Positions 16,430 to 26,688 are shown, numbered from the stretch's first letter. The stretch: 64,000 nucleotides of DNA from an uncultured Sulfolobales archaeon (GCA_937949785.1 CALEDH010000013.1:7519-71518), one strand, 5' to 3'. Notes: generated from the sequence alone by a model not told the origin. Made by a program: numbers and translations.

Positions 16430-18013
16430 ATGCGTTTTCCAGTAGAATTACTTGACCCTGTGGACAGTGACGAATATAACGTAATTAGCGTTACGCCGGA
16501 TCTAGCATTAGATGTAGGGCATACATATGCTGGGGGTTTAGGAGTTCTTGAAGGCGATAAATTCTATGCTGCCGCGAAGTTGGGGTTAAAGTACACTACC
16601 TTCTCACTATACTATGCTAACGGTTATGTAGACTACGATTTTAACGGGGATGGTACACCGGTACCTAAGCCCCAACCACAGCCTAACGAGTTCTTAGACA
16701 TGTTAAGGCCTTTAGATAGGTTTAAGATTAAGTTAAAAGGTGAAGATGTTGAGGTCGAATCGCTTGTTTACGAGAGCGGGAACTCTAGAGCTATATTTTT
16801 CAAACCTATATCCCCTCCATGGACTTCAGAACTAGTTAGCAGGATCTACATCGAGACATGTTTAGAAGATAAGTTCTACAAGTACACCATGTTTGCTAAA
16901 GCTATTGTTGAATTTATCAGGAACAACATACCGCTACATGATATATTGTTTATAGACCTCCAGGAAGCGTATACCGCCCTCTTACCGTTAATCCTTAAGA
17001 TCCCGGGTAAGTATAGGCTTATAATACATACTGCGGGGGTTTGGGGTCACCCCAGCTTCCCTCGAGATCTAATCCGTAGCGAGTATGGATATTATATGAT
17101 AAGCCCTGAAGTCGTGCTAACTGACATAGGCCTCGCTGCATCATCCCAGGCCTTCGCTGTTTCTGCTAAACACCTTGATATCCTTTTAAAGATCTTCCCG
17201 CACTTCAGCGATAAACTTACATACGTAACTAACGGTATCAATATCGAGAGGTGGATGCACCCGAAGTTAAAGGAATCCTATGAATCTCACAGGCTAACCT
17301 TAGATACCTTACCGGAGTTTAAACGTAAGGTAAGAAGCGAGTTAGAGGTTTTCCTAAGGAACTTCAAGGATGTTTCCCTTGAAGGAAAGGTTATAGCACT
17401 GTGGTGTAGGAGGATAGTAGCTTATAAGAGGCCGTGGTTTGCCATTAGATTGATTAAGGAGTTAAAAGATAAGCCAATAGTTTTCATACTATCCGGTAAA
17501 GCCCATCCTAACGATGGTTGGGGCTTAGAGATCATGAAAGAGTTTATGAAAATACATAAAGAGATGGATAACGTTATCTACATACCTAATTATACCATAG
17601 ATATAGCTAAGAAGTTACTGTCAAGCGTTGATATAATGCTGTTCACACCGTTTTCCGGCTGGGAGGCATGTGGGACTAGCTATATGAAAGCTGCAGTTAA
17701 TGCCGTACCAACAATAAGTTCTAGGGATGGAGGGATATTAGAGTTAGTGGTACACGGAGTTAACGGGTGGTTATTCGGCAACGATATTAGGGAGCCTACC
17801 GAGTACATAGGTCCTAAAGGAGATGAAATAAATGAATTAGAATATCAGGAGCTTAAGAAGCTCTTATTAGACGTTGTTAAGTTAATTACCCTAAATCCTG
17901 AAGGATATTATAGAGTAGCATTATCAGCTCTGAGGTCCTTCATTCCTAGAGTTTCAATGACTAGGGTATTAAGGGAGTATTACCCGCAAATAATTAAACT
18001 ACCGACTATTTAG
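16430..18013 (+). CDS. Alpha-glucan (glycogen/maltodextrin) phosphorylase, short archaeal GT35 form
   Basis: HTYAGGLGVLEGDKF near the N-terminus and a PLP-lysine-type motif EACGTSYMKAAVNAVP; 527 aa; sits in the glycogen cluster. Confidence 0.65.
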   Translation: MRFPVELLDPVDSDEYNVISVTPDLALDVGHTYAGGLGVLEGDKFYAAAKLGLKYTTFSLYYANGYVDYDFNGDGTPVPKPQPQPNEFLDMLRPLDRFKIKLKGEDVEVESLVYESGNSRAIFFKPISPPWTSELVSRIYIETCLEDKFYKYTMFAKAIVEFIRNNIPLHDILFIDLQEAYTALLPLILKIPGKYRLIIHTAGVWGHPSFPRDLIRSEYGYYMISPEVVLTDIGLAASSQAFAVSAKHLDILLKIFPHFSDKLTYVTNGINIERWMHPKLKESYESHRLTLDTLPEFKRKVRSELEVFLRNFKDVSLEGKVIALWCRRIVAYKRPWFAIRLIKELKDKPIVFILSGKAHPNDGWGLEIMKEFMKIHKEMDNVIYIPNYTIDIAKKLLSSVDIMLFTPFSGWEACGTSYMKAAVNAVPTISSRDGGILELVVHGVNGWLFGNDIREPTEYIGPKGDEINELEYQELKKLLLDVVKLITLNPEGYYRVALSALRSFIPRVSMTRVLREYYPQIIKLPTI

Positions 18014-18340
18014 TAATTACTGCTGATGGTGCGAACGTCTACCTACCCTTTAAACCGCAGCTAAGCCTTCCATGTTTAAACCTCCTAAAAAATCTTAAAT
18101 ATTACAGCTCATTGATTAGACGTAGTTTTCTAGTAGTTAACTTCCTAAACGACTTACCTCTTATTCGAACAACGGCAGAACGGTAAACCCGAACGAGTGT
18201 AGGTCAAGGAGGGTATATGCTGGGTTTCTTATGTTCGTTAGAAAGTCCTTCTACGGCATGGAGGCCTAACTTAGCGAGGATTAACCTAGTCAGAACAGTT
18301 CAGCCTTCACGGAAGAGGAGAAATCATGTGCTATGCGTTA

Positions 18341-19567
18341 CTAGTATTGTCGAGAACTACTAAGAACCCCTAAAATCTTCAATTCAAGAATTGTTAAAGC
18401 ATTGTTTAGTAGGCAGTACGCGTTAACCCTAGATCCGTGGGGTGAGAAGTATTTATGGACCTCACCGCTTGACCCACCCTTAGATGATATATAGTAGTAG
18501 TGGTCACTTATCCCTAAATTCCTCCAGACCTCTATAACATCCATGTCTAACTCATTAATTAGTTTTAAAAGGGATTTATGCCTATTGAAAACTGCTACCT
18601 GTTCCCTATCACCTAGCCAAGCGCTTAAGTCTTTCTCTACATCCGCCCAGCTAATAGTATTATCCACTGGTACGTCGTAAGCGTCCGCAGGGTTGAAGAG
18701 ATCAATAGCTTCCGAAGCGGTTAGCCCTTCAACACCATACCTACTTAAGTAATTGATGAAATGTGTTAGGAAGTCGAAAATACCTGTCTCAGCCCTATGA
18801 TGCTCTCCAAACGTCTCGTAATCTAAGGCAATTACGACTAAGTCCCCTGGCGATTTAACGATCCAGTCAACATATTTATCGGCGAAGAGCGGGAACTGAT
18901 CCCAAGACCTATTGCTGAATCTAAACGCTACGTCATCGCTTAGCCTATAATTCCTTAGGAAGAGTTTAATACCGCAACTACTGGCGGAGTACATATGGTT
19001 AGGGTTCCTACCACTAAGAATCCTATCAACACCCTCAGTAATTACGGCCTTAAACCCCATGTCGTTGACAGTATTAGCTATTAAGTTATTATAGATCATC
19101 TCAGTATTTACAAATACTTTAGGGTCGACCTCAAACACCTCCTTAATTAAGCGTCTCTGACTGCTTACTTGGGCAGTAAACTCGCTATGGTCTTCGTATA
19201 CTGATACTAGGCTATGGTAGTAAGGTTCGACGATTACCTCAGCCAGTCCTGAACTAATTAAATCTTTGAACAATCCCACAACTTCAGGTGTGTAAATCAT
19301 AAGCTGTTCGAGTACAACACCTGAGAAGCTGATGTTTACCTTCACAGACCCCCCACACTCCCTCAGATAATTAATAAGTAGTTTAGTAGTAGGTATGTAG
19401 CAATTACTACTTACCTTCTTAAGAATATCCTCATTACTTTGCTCATCAAACAGTAAATCCCATAGCCCTACACCACTTAAGTTACCCTTAAATAAACCGC
19501 TTGTTAAATCACCCCGTAACCTACGTGGTTGATGTAATTCAAATAGGATAAGAACGTACTTAACCAT
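18341..19567 (-). CDS. Glycoside hydrolase family 57 (alpha-amylase / glucanotransferase-type)
   Basis: N-terminal LILFELHQPRRL, ALDYETFGEHH (catalytic Glu region); 408 aa. Confidence 0.8.
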   Translation of the reverse strand: MVKYVLILFELHQPRRLRGDLTSGLFKGNLSGVGLWDLLFDEQSNEDILKKVSSNCYIPTTKLLINYLRECGGSVKVNISFSGVVLEQLMIYTPEVVGLFKDLISSGLAEVIVEPYYHSLVSVYEDHSEFTAQVSSQRRLIKEVFEVDPKVFVNTEMIYNNLIANTVNDMGFKAVITEGVDRILSGRNPNHMYSASSCGIKLFLRNYRLSDDVAFRFSNRSWDQFPLFADKYVDWIVKSPGDLVVIALDYETFGEHHRAETGIFDFLTHFINYLSRYGVEGLTASEAIDLFNPADAYDVPVDNTISWADVEKDLSAWLGDREQVAVFNRHKSLLKLINELDMDVIEVWRNLGISDHYYYISSKGGSSGEVHKYFSPHGSRVNAYCLLNNALTILELKILGVLSSSRQY

Positions 19568-19583
19568 TAGAACCTCACCTTAA

Positions 19584-20834
19584 TTACGAGAGCACAGCTT
19601 CCTTAATACTGTGGGAGGGTGGTATATACTTCTGCGGCCATATCTTAGAGTTAATTATTACGGCGTCATTACCTATTAATACGTTATTACCTATGACGCT
19701 ATCCTTAATAACTACATTACTTCCGATCCTTACATGCCTACCTACGATACTATTAGTTACCACAGTCTTACTGCCTAAGGAGCATCTATCCATTATTACT
19801 GAGTCCTCTACAACTGAGTGATCGTTTATTATGGTGTAGTGATCTATTATCGAGTTTAATATCTTAACGCCCCTACCTAAGAATATATGCCTACCTAAAA
19901 GTACGTCACCCTCTATGACTAACTCACCCCTTTGAATTCTATCAATAATAGATCTTTGAAGTTCTCTTGATATAGGTCTCCTACCCATGAACTTAATCCC
20001 GCCGAAAGAGAAATCAATATCTAACTCCTCATCACTTAAAGCCTTAAGCATGTAACGCACTGACTCCTTATAAGCTTCAGGATTACCTATATCAAACCAT
20101 AACCCCTTAGAAACATATCCGTAAACACCGTAACCACACTCTATTAACTTAGGTATGACATGCTTACCGAAGTCTAACTCACCTGCCTCATATAACCTCC
20201 TACCAACACCATAATCAAAGAAATCCCTGAAATCCGATGATAAGATGTAAATCCCAGTGTTTATAATCCTAGATGGGGCTTCCGAAGGCGTAAGTGGTTT
20301 TTCAACAAACCTACGTATCCGGCCGTCAGAACCGATATCAGCAACTCCGTAATGCCTCAACTTTGTCACATCCTCTAACTCTTTCAGCATTACGGTCATG
20401 TAGGCGTCCTTATCTCTATGAAAAGACCATACATCACTTAAAACAACATCAAATAGAATATCCCCCTGAACGACTATTAAGTCTTCCCTAATATTATAGT
20501 AATCCATTATGAGCTTAACGGACTCCGCATTACCTCTAGACTCTATGTTCGGCTGATATCTAATTCTCAACTCATCCTCATGAAGACCTAACTTATAAAC
20601 AAAGCGTTCACCAATACCTAAGTGATCATATAGTCCTACATAGTTTACGTACCCGCTAACCCCCAGGTAAAACTCCCTAATACCCTGCCTAGCTAACTTC
20701 ATTATTATAAAGTCTACTAAGTGCTTGTTTAGAAATCTAATCATAGCTTTAGAAGTATCTACAGTTAGTGGGTAAAGTCTAGTTCCCAACCCACCTATCG
20801 GTATTATAGCCTTAGTTAAGGTGATTTCCCTAAT
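19584..20834 (-). CDS. NDP-sugar (glucose-1-phosphate) nucleotidyltransferase with C-terminal left-handed beta-helix
   Basis: In-frame KAIIPIGGLGTRLYPLT signature. The ORF-track start (TTG 20789) falls inside the GxGTR loop. The open frame extends to 20849 with only ATT/CTG/ATC/ATA candidates, so 20834 (ATT) is a guess. Hexapeptide repeats occupy the C-terminal third. Confidence 0.75.
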   Translation of the reverse strand: MREITLTKAIIPIGGLGTRLYPLTVDTSKAMIRFLNKHLVDFIIMKLARQGIREFYLGVSGYVNYVGLYDHLGIGERFVYKLGLHEDELRIRYQPNIESRGNAESVKLIMDYYNIREDLIVVQGDILFDVVLSDVWSFHRDKDAYMTVMLKELEDVTKLRHYGVADIGSDGRIRRFVEKPLTPSEAPSRIINTGIYILSSDFRDFFDYGVGRRLYEAGELDFGKHVIPKLIECGYGVYGYVSKGLWFDIGNPEAYKESVRYMLKALSDEELDIDFSFGGIKFMGRRPISRELQRSIIDRIQRGELVIEGDVLLGRHIFLGRGVKILNSIIDHYTIINDHSVVEDSVIMDRCSLGSKTVVTNSIVGRHVRIGSNVVIKDSVIGNNVLIGNDAVIINSKIWPQKYIPPSHSIKEAVLS

Positions 20835-20927
20835 CAGAATTCCCGATAATTATTATGTCTTATAGGCTTATAAATATTAAATTATTTAAACATGGAATTA
20901 TATTACTTAATTGTTTTACTATTTTAG

Positions 20928-22550
20928 GTGGTAACTTTGGCTGAGGTTCCAAAAACTATTAAGAACGTTTGGATACTTACTTTCGAGCTCGACAAGTTCG
21001 CCGCGGTTGGAGGTCTAGGAAGAGCAGTTAATTTATACATCAAAGTATTAAAGGACAGAGGTTTAAACGTTACAGTCTTCATGCCCTCGCATGGTAGGCA
21101 TCTCTCAGAAGAGTTTAGAAGTAAGTTTAACTTAAGGAGATTAAATAACTTCTCAGTAAGAGGGTTTAGGAAGGGTTTAGATGGTAACCTCTACCAATAC
21201 GGTATCGGGGCTGATGAGGGTTCTTTCAAGAACGTGAGGTTAATTATATTTAAGGGTCTAGACCACGAGACTGGGAGGTTTTTAGATTCCTGGGAGGTTT
21301 ATGGTAACCTACCTGAGAAGGTATGCCTCTTCGCTAAGTCTTTAAGACATTGGATTGAGTACTCGGGGGAGTTACCTGACCTCATACATTCTAATGATTG
21401 GACGTCAGGTTTGGCTGGCTCCCTACTTAAAATATACTTAGAATCAAAATGTATTAAAATACCGTACCTACACTCAATACACCTACTTTCATCGCCTTCG
21501 TTCCCATGGCATTACGCCTCAGAGGATTGGTGTGGGGTGCCTAACATACCCCATAAGGTCTGGAGGCATCATAGGCATGAAGTTCTTAATACTGAATATG
21601 TGTGGGATTCTGTTAACGGTAATGTAGACCACTTCACCGTCTTAGAATCCGATGTCCTAGTAACTAATAGCTATGGCTACCTAAACGAAATACTAAATAG
21701 GTTTGGGAGGTGGTTAGAGCCGAAGACCTGCGTTGTACATAACGCTACTGATTGGGATGTTAATTCGGTAATGGACTTCGCAGTAAAACATTTAGGGAGT
21801 GGTTCAAGAAGTGCTGTTAGGAAGTACGTCATCAACTACCTTTCAAGTAGTACTGAGTTAAGTAGGGTAGGTAGTCTAAGCGATTGTGAACTCTTAATAG
21901 TGAGTTCAGGTAGGCTGACATGGCAGAAAGGCTTTGATATCCTCCTAAAAACCTTAGATCACATGGATAAACGCATAGGTGTGTTAATTCTTGGAATTAG
22001 AGTGGGTGATAGCGAGTATGAGGAATACGTAATAGGATTGGTAAGGGAGAGGTGGGGGAATGCCTTAATAACGTTATCTAATCTGGATGAGATCATCCTC
22101 AAGCTAATCGTATATTCAGGTAATGTCTACGCAGCACTCTCCAGATATGAACCTTTCGGTATAGTTTCAATTGAGGCTCAAGCATTAGGTACACCTGTAG
22201 TAGTCTCTAATACCGGCGGCCTACCTGAAACAATATTAGACCTCAAATATGACGTTAACGGCGGGGGAACCGTTGTCCCACTGAATAATGAGAGGTTTAT
22301 CGGTGAGGTCTTAGAATCCATGTCATATGTCGCTGAGGTCATCGATAACAACCGCCATGAATTAGTAGATAGTATAAGAGTCGATTGGATTAGGAATCTA
22401 GTAAGAAATTATAAGAACTTAAACATAAGGTCAAATGCTATTAGATGGGTTAATAGTAGATTTAGGGAGGAGAGCCTGTGGAAGGCGTTGATGAGTTGTT
22501 ATGAAAAGGCTGGGTTATACGCATACTATAGGTCTTTCGGAGGGTGTTAA
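20928..22550 (+). CDS. glgA: Glycogen synthase (GT5, archaeal)
   Basis: ILTFELDKFAAVGGLGRAV N-terminal motif, C-terminal GT-B EPFGIVSIEAQALGTPVV. Confidence 0.8.
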   Translation: MVTLAEVPKTIKNVWILTFELDKFAAVGGLGRAVNLYIKVLKDRGLNVTVFMPSHGRHLSEEFRSKFNLRRLNNFSVRGFRKGLDGNLYQYGIGADEGSFKNVRLIIFKGLDHETGRFLDSWEVYGNLPEKVCLFAKSLRHWIEYSGELPDLIHSNDWTSGLAGSLLKIYLESKCIKIPYLHSIHLLSSPSFPWHYASEDWCGVPNIPHKVWRHHRHEVLNTEYVWDSVNGNVDHFTVLESDVLVTNSYGYLNEILNRFGRWLEPKTCVVHNATDWDVNSVMDFAVKHLGSGSRSAVRKYVINYLSSSTELSRVGSLSDCELLIVSSGRLTWQKGFDILLKTLDHMDKRIGVLILGIRVGDSEYEEYVIGLVRERWGNALITLSNLDEIILKLIVYSGNVYAALSRYEPFGIVSIEAQALGTPVVVSNTGGLPETILDLKYDVNGGGTVVPLNNERFIGEVLESMSYVAEVIDNNRHELVDSIRVDWIRNLVRNYKNLNIRSNAIRWVNSRFREESLWKALMSCYEKAGLYAYYRSFGGC

Positions 22551-24027
22551 GTTGAACTTACCTACGTATAGATTTAAACCTAGGGCTGGATCTGAATGGG
22601 GTTCAGGCGGTATCTTCGGTTTGAAGTACCATATGAACGTCCTGTACTTCACCCTTTCCTTCGAAGCTGAGGCCTACTTCCTCACAGACAATAAGTTTAA
22701 GGTATATAGGTATGACTTCGTAGGACCTAGTCCTAGGTCTGGTGGGGATACGTACAACGCTGTTGAAGCTGTGGATGATAGGATATTCTTCGGTGGTTGG
22801 GTAAACAGTCCTGTGGGGTTTAAGGTGATTAACAACTACGGGAGGATAGACTTCACTAATAAGCACTCCCACATACATTCATATAACGTATATGAAGGGG
22901 TAGTTACACTCCTTTGGAAGGAGTCAGCCGGTTTAGAGGATAGGTGGGTGGGCGAGGTCTCATCCTTAGTTTTCGACCCACTAAATATTAGACTACTCGT
23001 TTCTAGGGCTGATGGGAGTATGTCGTTAGGTGTCTTCAGCCTTAATTTAAGTAGTAATAAAATGGAGTTGCTGAGCGATAAGCCAAGCATGAAGGGAGCT
23101 ATATTAGGTGATACAGCATGTTTCGACGTATCGATAGGGCTTGACGGAATTCACGGCATTCAATGCCTTGACCTAATTAGAGGTGGGTGGACCTATAAAT
23201 GGCTTTCTAAGGATTTAAAAGAAATATCAGTTGATGGGGAAGGTGTTGTAAGACCGCTGCAGGTGGGTTCAATAGCTGCAGCATATGGGAGGCTCCTAAC
23301 GTTTGTGAGGGGTGGTGTTATAATATTAGACCCTTCAGAAGGTGATGAAGGCTTATACTTTGTGAGGCTTTATGACTTCTGCGGGAAGGATTACGGACCG
23401 CTTAGAACTAATCACGTAGTAGTGGGTGGTGGGGTATTGATACCGTTTAACACATATACTCATGGAATCTTAAAGTACCGTGAGGAGTTGAAAAACGTTT
23501 CAAGAACTATTAACTACATCCCAACCACTTCAAACTTACTCTACATAACACCACCTAAGATTAGAGTTATAGGTTCCTTCGGCGCACGTATAACGTCAGT
23601 AGAACATCTGGGTACGAAGTTAGTACTAGGCTGTAATACTATGGCTAATCTAGGGGTTGATGACTCCGTCCCATACGACATAGGTGAGAGAGACCTGATA
23701 TTTATAGATATGGATAACGTTTTAAGGAGGTGTGATGACCTTAACATAATTAAGGTAACTGGTAATATAGTTGGTAATAACGCTTGGGGCGGGATACCAC
23801 TCAACAATTATAGGAAGGCTTTAATGTATGTTAAGGCTGGTAAGGATAATTACCTGAGAATCTTTGACTACGACATAGGTTTACCCCCAACACTTCATAG
23901 TTCTGATACCGTAGATATCGATGTGGGGAAGAACTTCGTAGATCTAAGTAACTACAATAACATAGTATCATTTAAATTTGAGTCTGAAGACCCGCGGGCT
24001 GAGATATATATAAGCCTTAGGAACTAA
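22501..24027 (+). CDS. Conserved-looking hypothetical all-beta (propeller-like) protein coupled to glgA
   Basis: 508-aa ORF with repeated beta-strand-rich segments (DRIFFGGW, RGGVIIL, VVGGGVLIPF, KLVLGCNT). The likely real start is TTG 22552, 2 nt after the glgA stop and preceded by GGAGGGTG. Confidence 0.5.
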   Translation: MKRLGYTHTIGLSEGVKLNLPTYRFKPRAGSEWGSGGIFGLKYHMNVLYFTLSFEAEAYFLTDNKFKVYRYDFVGPSPRSGGDTYNAVEAVDDRIFFGGWVNSPVGFKVINNYGRIDFTNKHSHIHSYNVYEGVVTLLWKESAGLEDRWVGEVSSLVFDPLNIRLLVSRADGSMSLGVFSLNLSSNKMELLSDKPSMKGAILGDTACFDVSIGLDGIHGIQCLDLIRGGWTYKWLSKDLKEISVDGEGVVRPLQVGSIAAAYGRLLTFVRGGVIILDPSEGDEGLYFVRLYDFCGKDYGPLRTNHVVVGGGVLIPFNTYTHGILKYREELKNVSRTINYIPTTSNLLYITPPKIRVIGSFGARITSVEHLGTKLVLGCNTMANLGVDDSVPYDIGERDLIFIDMDNVLRRCDDLNIIKVTGNIVGNNAWGGIPLNNYRKALMYVKAGKDNYLRIFDYDIGLPPTLHSSDTVDIDVGKNFVDLSNYNNIVSFKFESEDPRAEIYISLRN

Positions 24028-24087
24028 TATTATATGCGATTAAACCCTAAAAATCCTGATAATTTAAATTTAATGTGGGTGGTCTAG

Positions 24088-25470
24088 GTGAGTGAGTCCA
24101 TACGAGAGTTACCTCCTGAGAGCACTGTTAAGTTAAAGCGTGTCGGCCTACATACACATATAAAGGGTTTAGGCTTAGACGAAGACTTCAGAGCGGTAAA
24201 GGTTAAGGACGGCATGGTTGGTCAGGAAAGAGCTAGGGAAGCTGCTGGTTTGTTAGTAAGGATGATTAAGGAGGGTAAGTGGGCTGGTAAGATAATAATC
24301 ATCGCCGGTCCTCCGGGAACTGGTAAGACAGCACTAGCTGTTGCCATAGCTAGGGAGTTAGGTATGAACGTACCGTTCATTGCTATGAGTGCTGCAGAGG
24401 CTTACAGTGCTGAAATTAAGAAGACTGAAGTGTTGTTAGCCGCTATGAGGAAGGCGATAGGTGTGGAAATACATGAGATGAGGGATGTATATGAGGGAGA
24501 GGTAGTTAAATTTAACGTTACTTCAGGTCCGCATCCGTACAACCCATACATGAGGGTTATTGAGAGGGCTTCAGTTACTTTGAGGACTAAGGAAGATGAG
24601 AGGACTTTAGAGGTTAGTGATGACTTAGCTGAGCAGATGATCCAGCAGGGAGTTAAGGAGGGGTATGTAATTCAGATAGATGCTGAGACCGGTAGGGTCT
24701 CAGTTCTGGGGATTAGTGAGGAAAGCGAGTACGGACGTAGATACTACGAAGTCGGCAGTAGGTTTAGAGTTCAAAGACCGAGCGGTAAGGTAAGAAAGCA
24801 GAAGGAATTCGTATACTACTTAACGCTTTCCGACTTAGACCGTATAGCGGTGAGAAGGAGGTCTGGGGGGTTGCTATCACTGTTCTTCGGAGGTGTTGAG
24901 GCTAAGGAGTTAGGTCCTGAAATCATAGCTGAGGTAGATAGGCAGGTTAAGGAATTAGTCGATAGCGGTAAAGCCCGCCTATACCCCGGCGTTCTATTCA
25001 TAGATGACGCCCATATGCTAGATATAGAGTGCTTCGCCTTCCTTGGTAGGGCAATTGAGAGCGAGTTATCACCTATACTCATACTAGCCACAAATAGGGG
25101 CTTCGCTAGGATTAGAGGTACGGATGTTGAGGCACCTCTAGGCTTCCCAGCAGACCTCGTCGATAGAGCAGTGATAATAGGTACAGAAACATATGACATT
25201 GAAAGCATTAAGGAGATCTTAAAAATACGTTCGATAGAGGAGGAAATAGAACTAGATGAAGCAGCTTTAAATAAGCTAGCAGAAATCGGTAGTAAGCGAA
25301 GTCTTAGGTACTCCTCACAGCTATTAAGCATAGCGGCAGAGAACGCTAAGATGAGGGGGGCTAGTAAGGTCTCTGAAGCAGATGTAATTAGGGTTGACGA
25401 ACTATTCATGGATGTTGCAGAAGCAGTAGAACACTTAAAGAAGTACGAATCATTAATGATTAAATATTAA
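24088..25470 (+). CDS. TIP49 / RuvB-like (RuvBL) AAA+ ATPase
   Basis: HIKGLGLDE, GQERAREAAG, Walker A GPPGTGKTALA, about 220-aa domain-II insertion, Walker B PGVLFIDDAHMLD. Confidence 0.85.
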   Translation: MSESIRELPPESTVKLKRVGLHTHIKGLGLDEDFRAVKVKDGMVGQERAREAAGLLVRMIKEGKWAGKIIIIAGPPGTGKTALAVAIARELGMNVPFIAMSAAEAYSAEIKKTEVLLAAMRKAIGVEIHEMRDVYEGEVVKFNVTSGPHPYNPYMRVIERASVTLRTKEDERTLEVSDDLAEQMIQQGVKEGYVIQIDAETGRVSVLGISEESEYGRRYYEVGSRFRVQRPSGKVRKQKEFVYYLTLSDLDRIAVRRRSGGLLSLFFGGVEAKELGPEIIAEVDRQVKELVDSGKARLYPGVLFIDDAHMLDIECFAFLGRAIESELSPILILATNRGFARIRGTDVEAPLGFPADLVDRAVIIGTETYDIESIKEILKIRSIEEEIELDEAALNKLAEIGSKRSLRYSSQLLSIAAENAKMRGASKVSEADVIRVDELFMDVAEAVEHLKKYESLMIKY

Positions 25471-25528
25471 AGCTAAGCCGATAGCTACCACATGCTACGC
25501 TTTTATTGAATAGCAAATAAAGTTTAAG

Positions 25529-26629
25529 TTAAAAAGTATGCTTTGGCTCTACCTTCACACCGTATTCTTCCAGCCTAACGTATAACTCGTTTAAAGCTTC
25601 CTCATCCGACCTCACCAGGTTTGGTGGATGTTTAAAGTACGGTGCTGAAGCCCATGGTGGAGCCCCATAAACACCTAGGTCTTTTAAAACCTTAGCTAGC
25701 CTCACAGCATCTACTAGTACTGATGATGCCATGGCCTTATCATCAACAACTAATTTAATGTCGAAAGTTACTGGGAGCCCCATGAAGCCTAACGCCTTAA
25801 TATATATGTAGGAAACCTTGATATTCCCTAAGAACGGTATGTACCCGTTAGGTCCTGCGAATACCCTATTAAGCGCGTCGTAGGGGTCAGGCTGCGTAGA
25901 TGCGACTGCTAAACTTTTACTCAACTTCTTACTATGTAGTCTTGACTGCTCCAACATGTTTTTGAAGTCGGTATTACCCCCGACGTTTAGCTGATAGGAT
26001 TCTACGATTTCACCACCCCTCATCGATATCAACCTAGCGAGAGCTCTATGAACTATAGTAGCTCCTAACTGCCCCTTGATATCATCACCTAGTAGCGTTG
26101 CCCTACGCGACTCATATAACCTATTATAGCCATCATCACTAGCTATGAATTCAGGAATACAGTTAACGAATGAAGTACCCGCCATAGCAGCTGCTTCAGC
26201 GTAGAATCTAGCAGCTTTTGAGCTCCCGACAGGCAGTAGATTCACTAACACGTCCACTCCTAAATCCTCTAAATCCTTAGCTAAGTCTTCAGCAGTTGGT
26301 TCTGGAAGGTTTGAAGGTGAGAAATCCTCTACCATGTTATCAGCAACACCATCTAATACCCTACCCATCCTCACGATAACTCCGCTATCACTTAAATCTA
26401 CTAGTTTAGGGACTTGATTAGGAGGTTGGAAGATAGCTTCAGTTAATTCTTTCCCTACCTTATGCCTTGATATGTCGACCGCATAGACAACCTCGATATC
26501 ACCGACACCGTACCTACCTATCCTTGAATGTATTAATCCATTACTACCCCCACCAGACCTATAGTAATGGATTGACTGTACGAACATTGAAGCTATATTG
26601 CCAACACCAACTATACCAACCCTAATCAT
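25529..26629 (-). CDS. myo-Inositol-1-phosphate (inositol-3-phosphate) synthase
   Basis: MIRVGIVGVGNIAS Rossmann N-terminus, LGDDIKGQLGAT, NVGGNTDFKN; 366 aa archaeal size. Confidence 0.75.
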   Translation of the reverse strand: MIRVGIVGVGNIASMFVQSIHYYRSGGGSNGLIHSRIGRYGVGDIEVVYAVDISRHKVGKELTEAIFQPPNQVPKLVDLSDSGVIVRMGRVLDGVADNMVEDFSPSNLPEPTAEDLAKDLEDLGVDVLVNLLPVGSSKAARFYAEAAAMAGTSFVNCIPEFIASDDGYNRLYESRRATLLGDDIKGQLGATIVHRALARLISMRGGEIVESYQLNVGGNTDFKNMLEQSRLHSKKLSKSLAVASTQPDPYDALNRVFAGPNGYIPFLGNIKVSYIYIKALGFMGLPVTFDIKLVVDDKAMASSVLVDAVRLAKVLKDLGVYGAPPWASAPYFKHPPNLVRSDEEALNELYVRLEEYGVKVEPKHTF

Positions 26630-26678
26630 TGGGCATACCTAACTAATTTTTATATTTACAGATATAAATATTTACTGC

Positions 26679-26688
26679 TATAAATATT
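26679..26688 (+). promoter_or_regulatory. TATA box (TATAAATATT) for the padR-like gene; an identical copy at 26663-26672 faces the divergent gene
   Basis: Exact 10-bp direct repeat read in the 80-bp divergent spacer. The second copy lies 22-31 nt upstream of the ATG at 26710. Confidence 0.4.

Noticed and set aside
24816-25409. 197-aa minus-strand ORF inside the TIP49 gene
   Set aside because: It is entirely antisense to a strongly motif-supported CDS. Its Ser/Leu/Ala-rich low-complexity translation is typical of a shadow ORF, and it has no motif.
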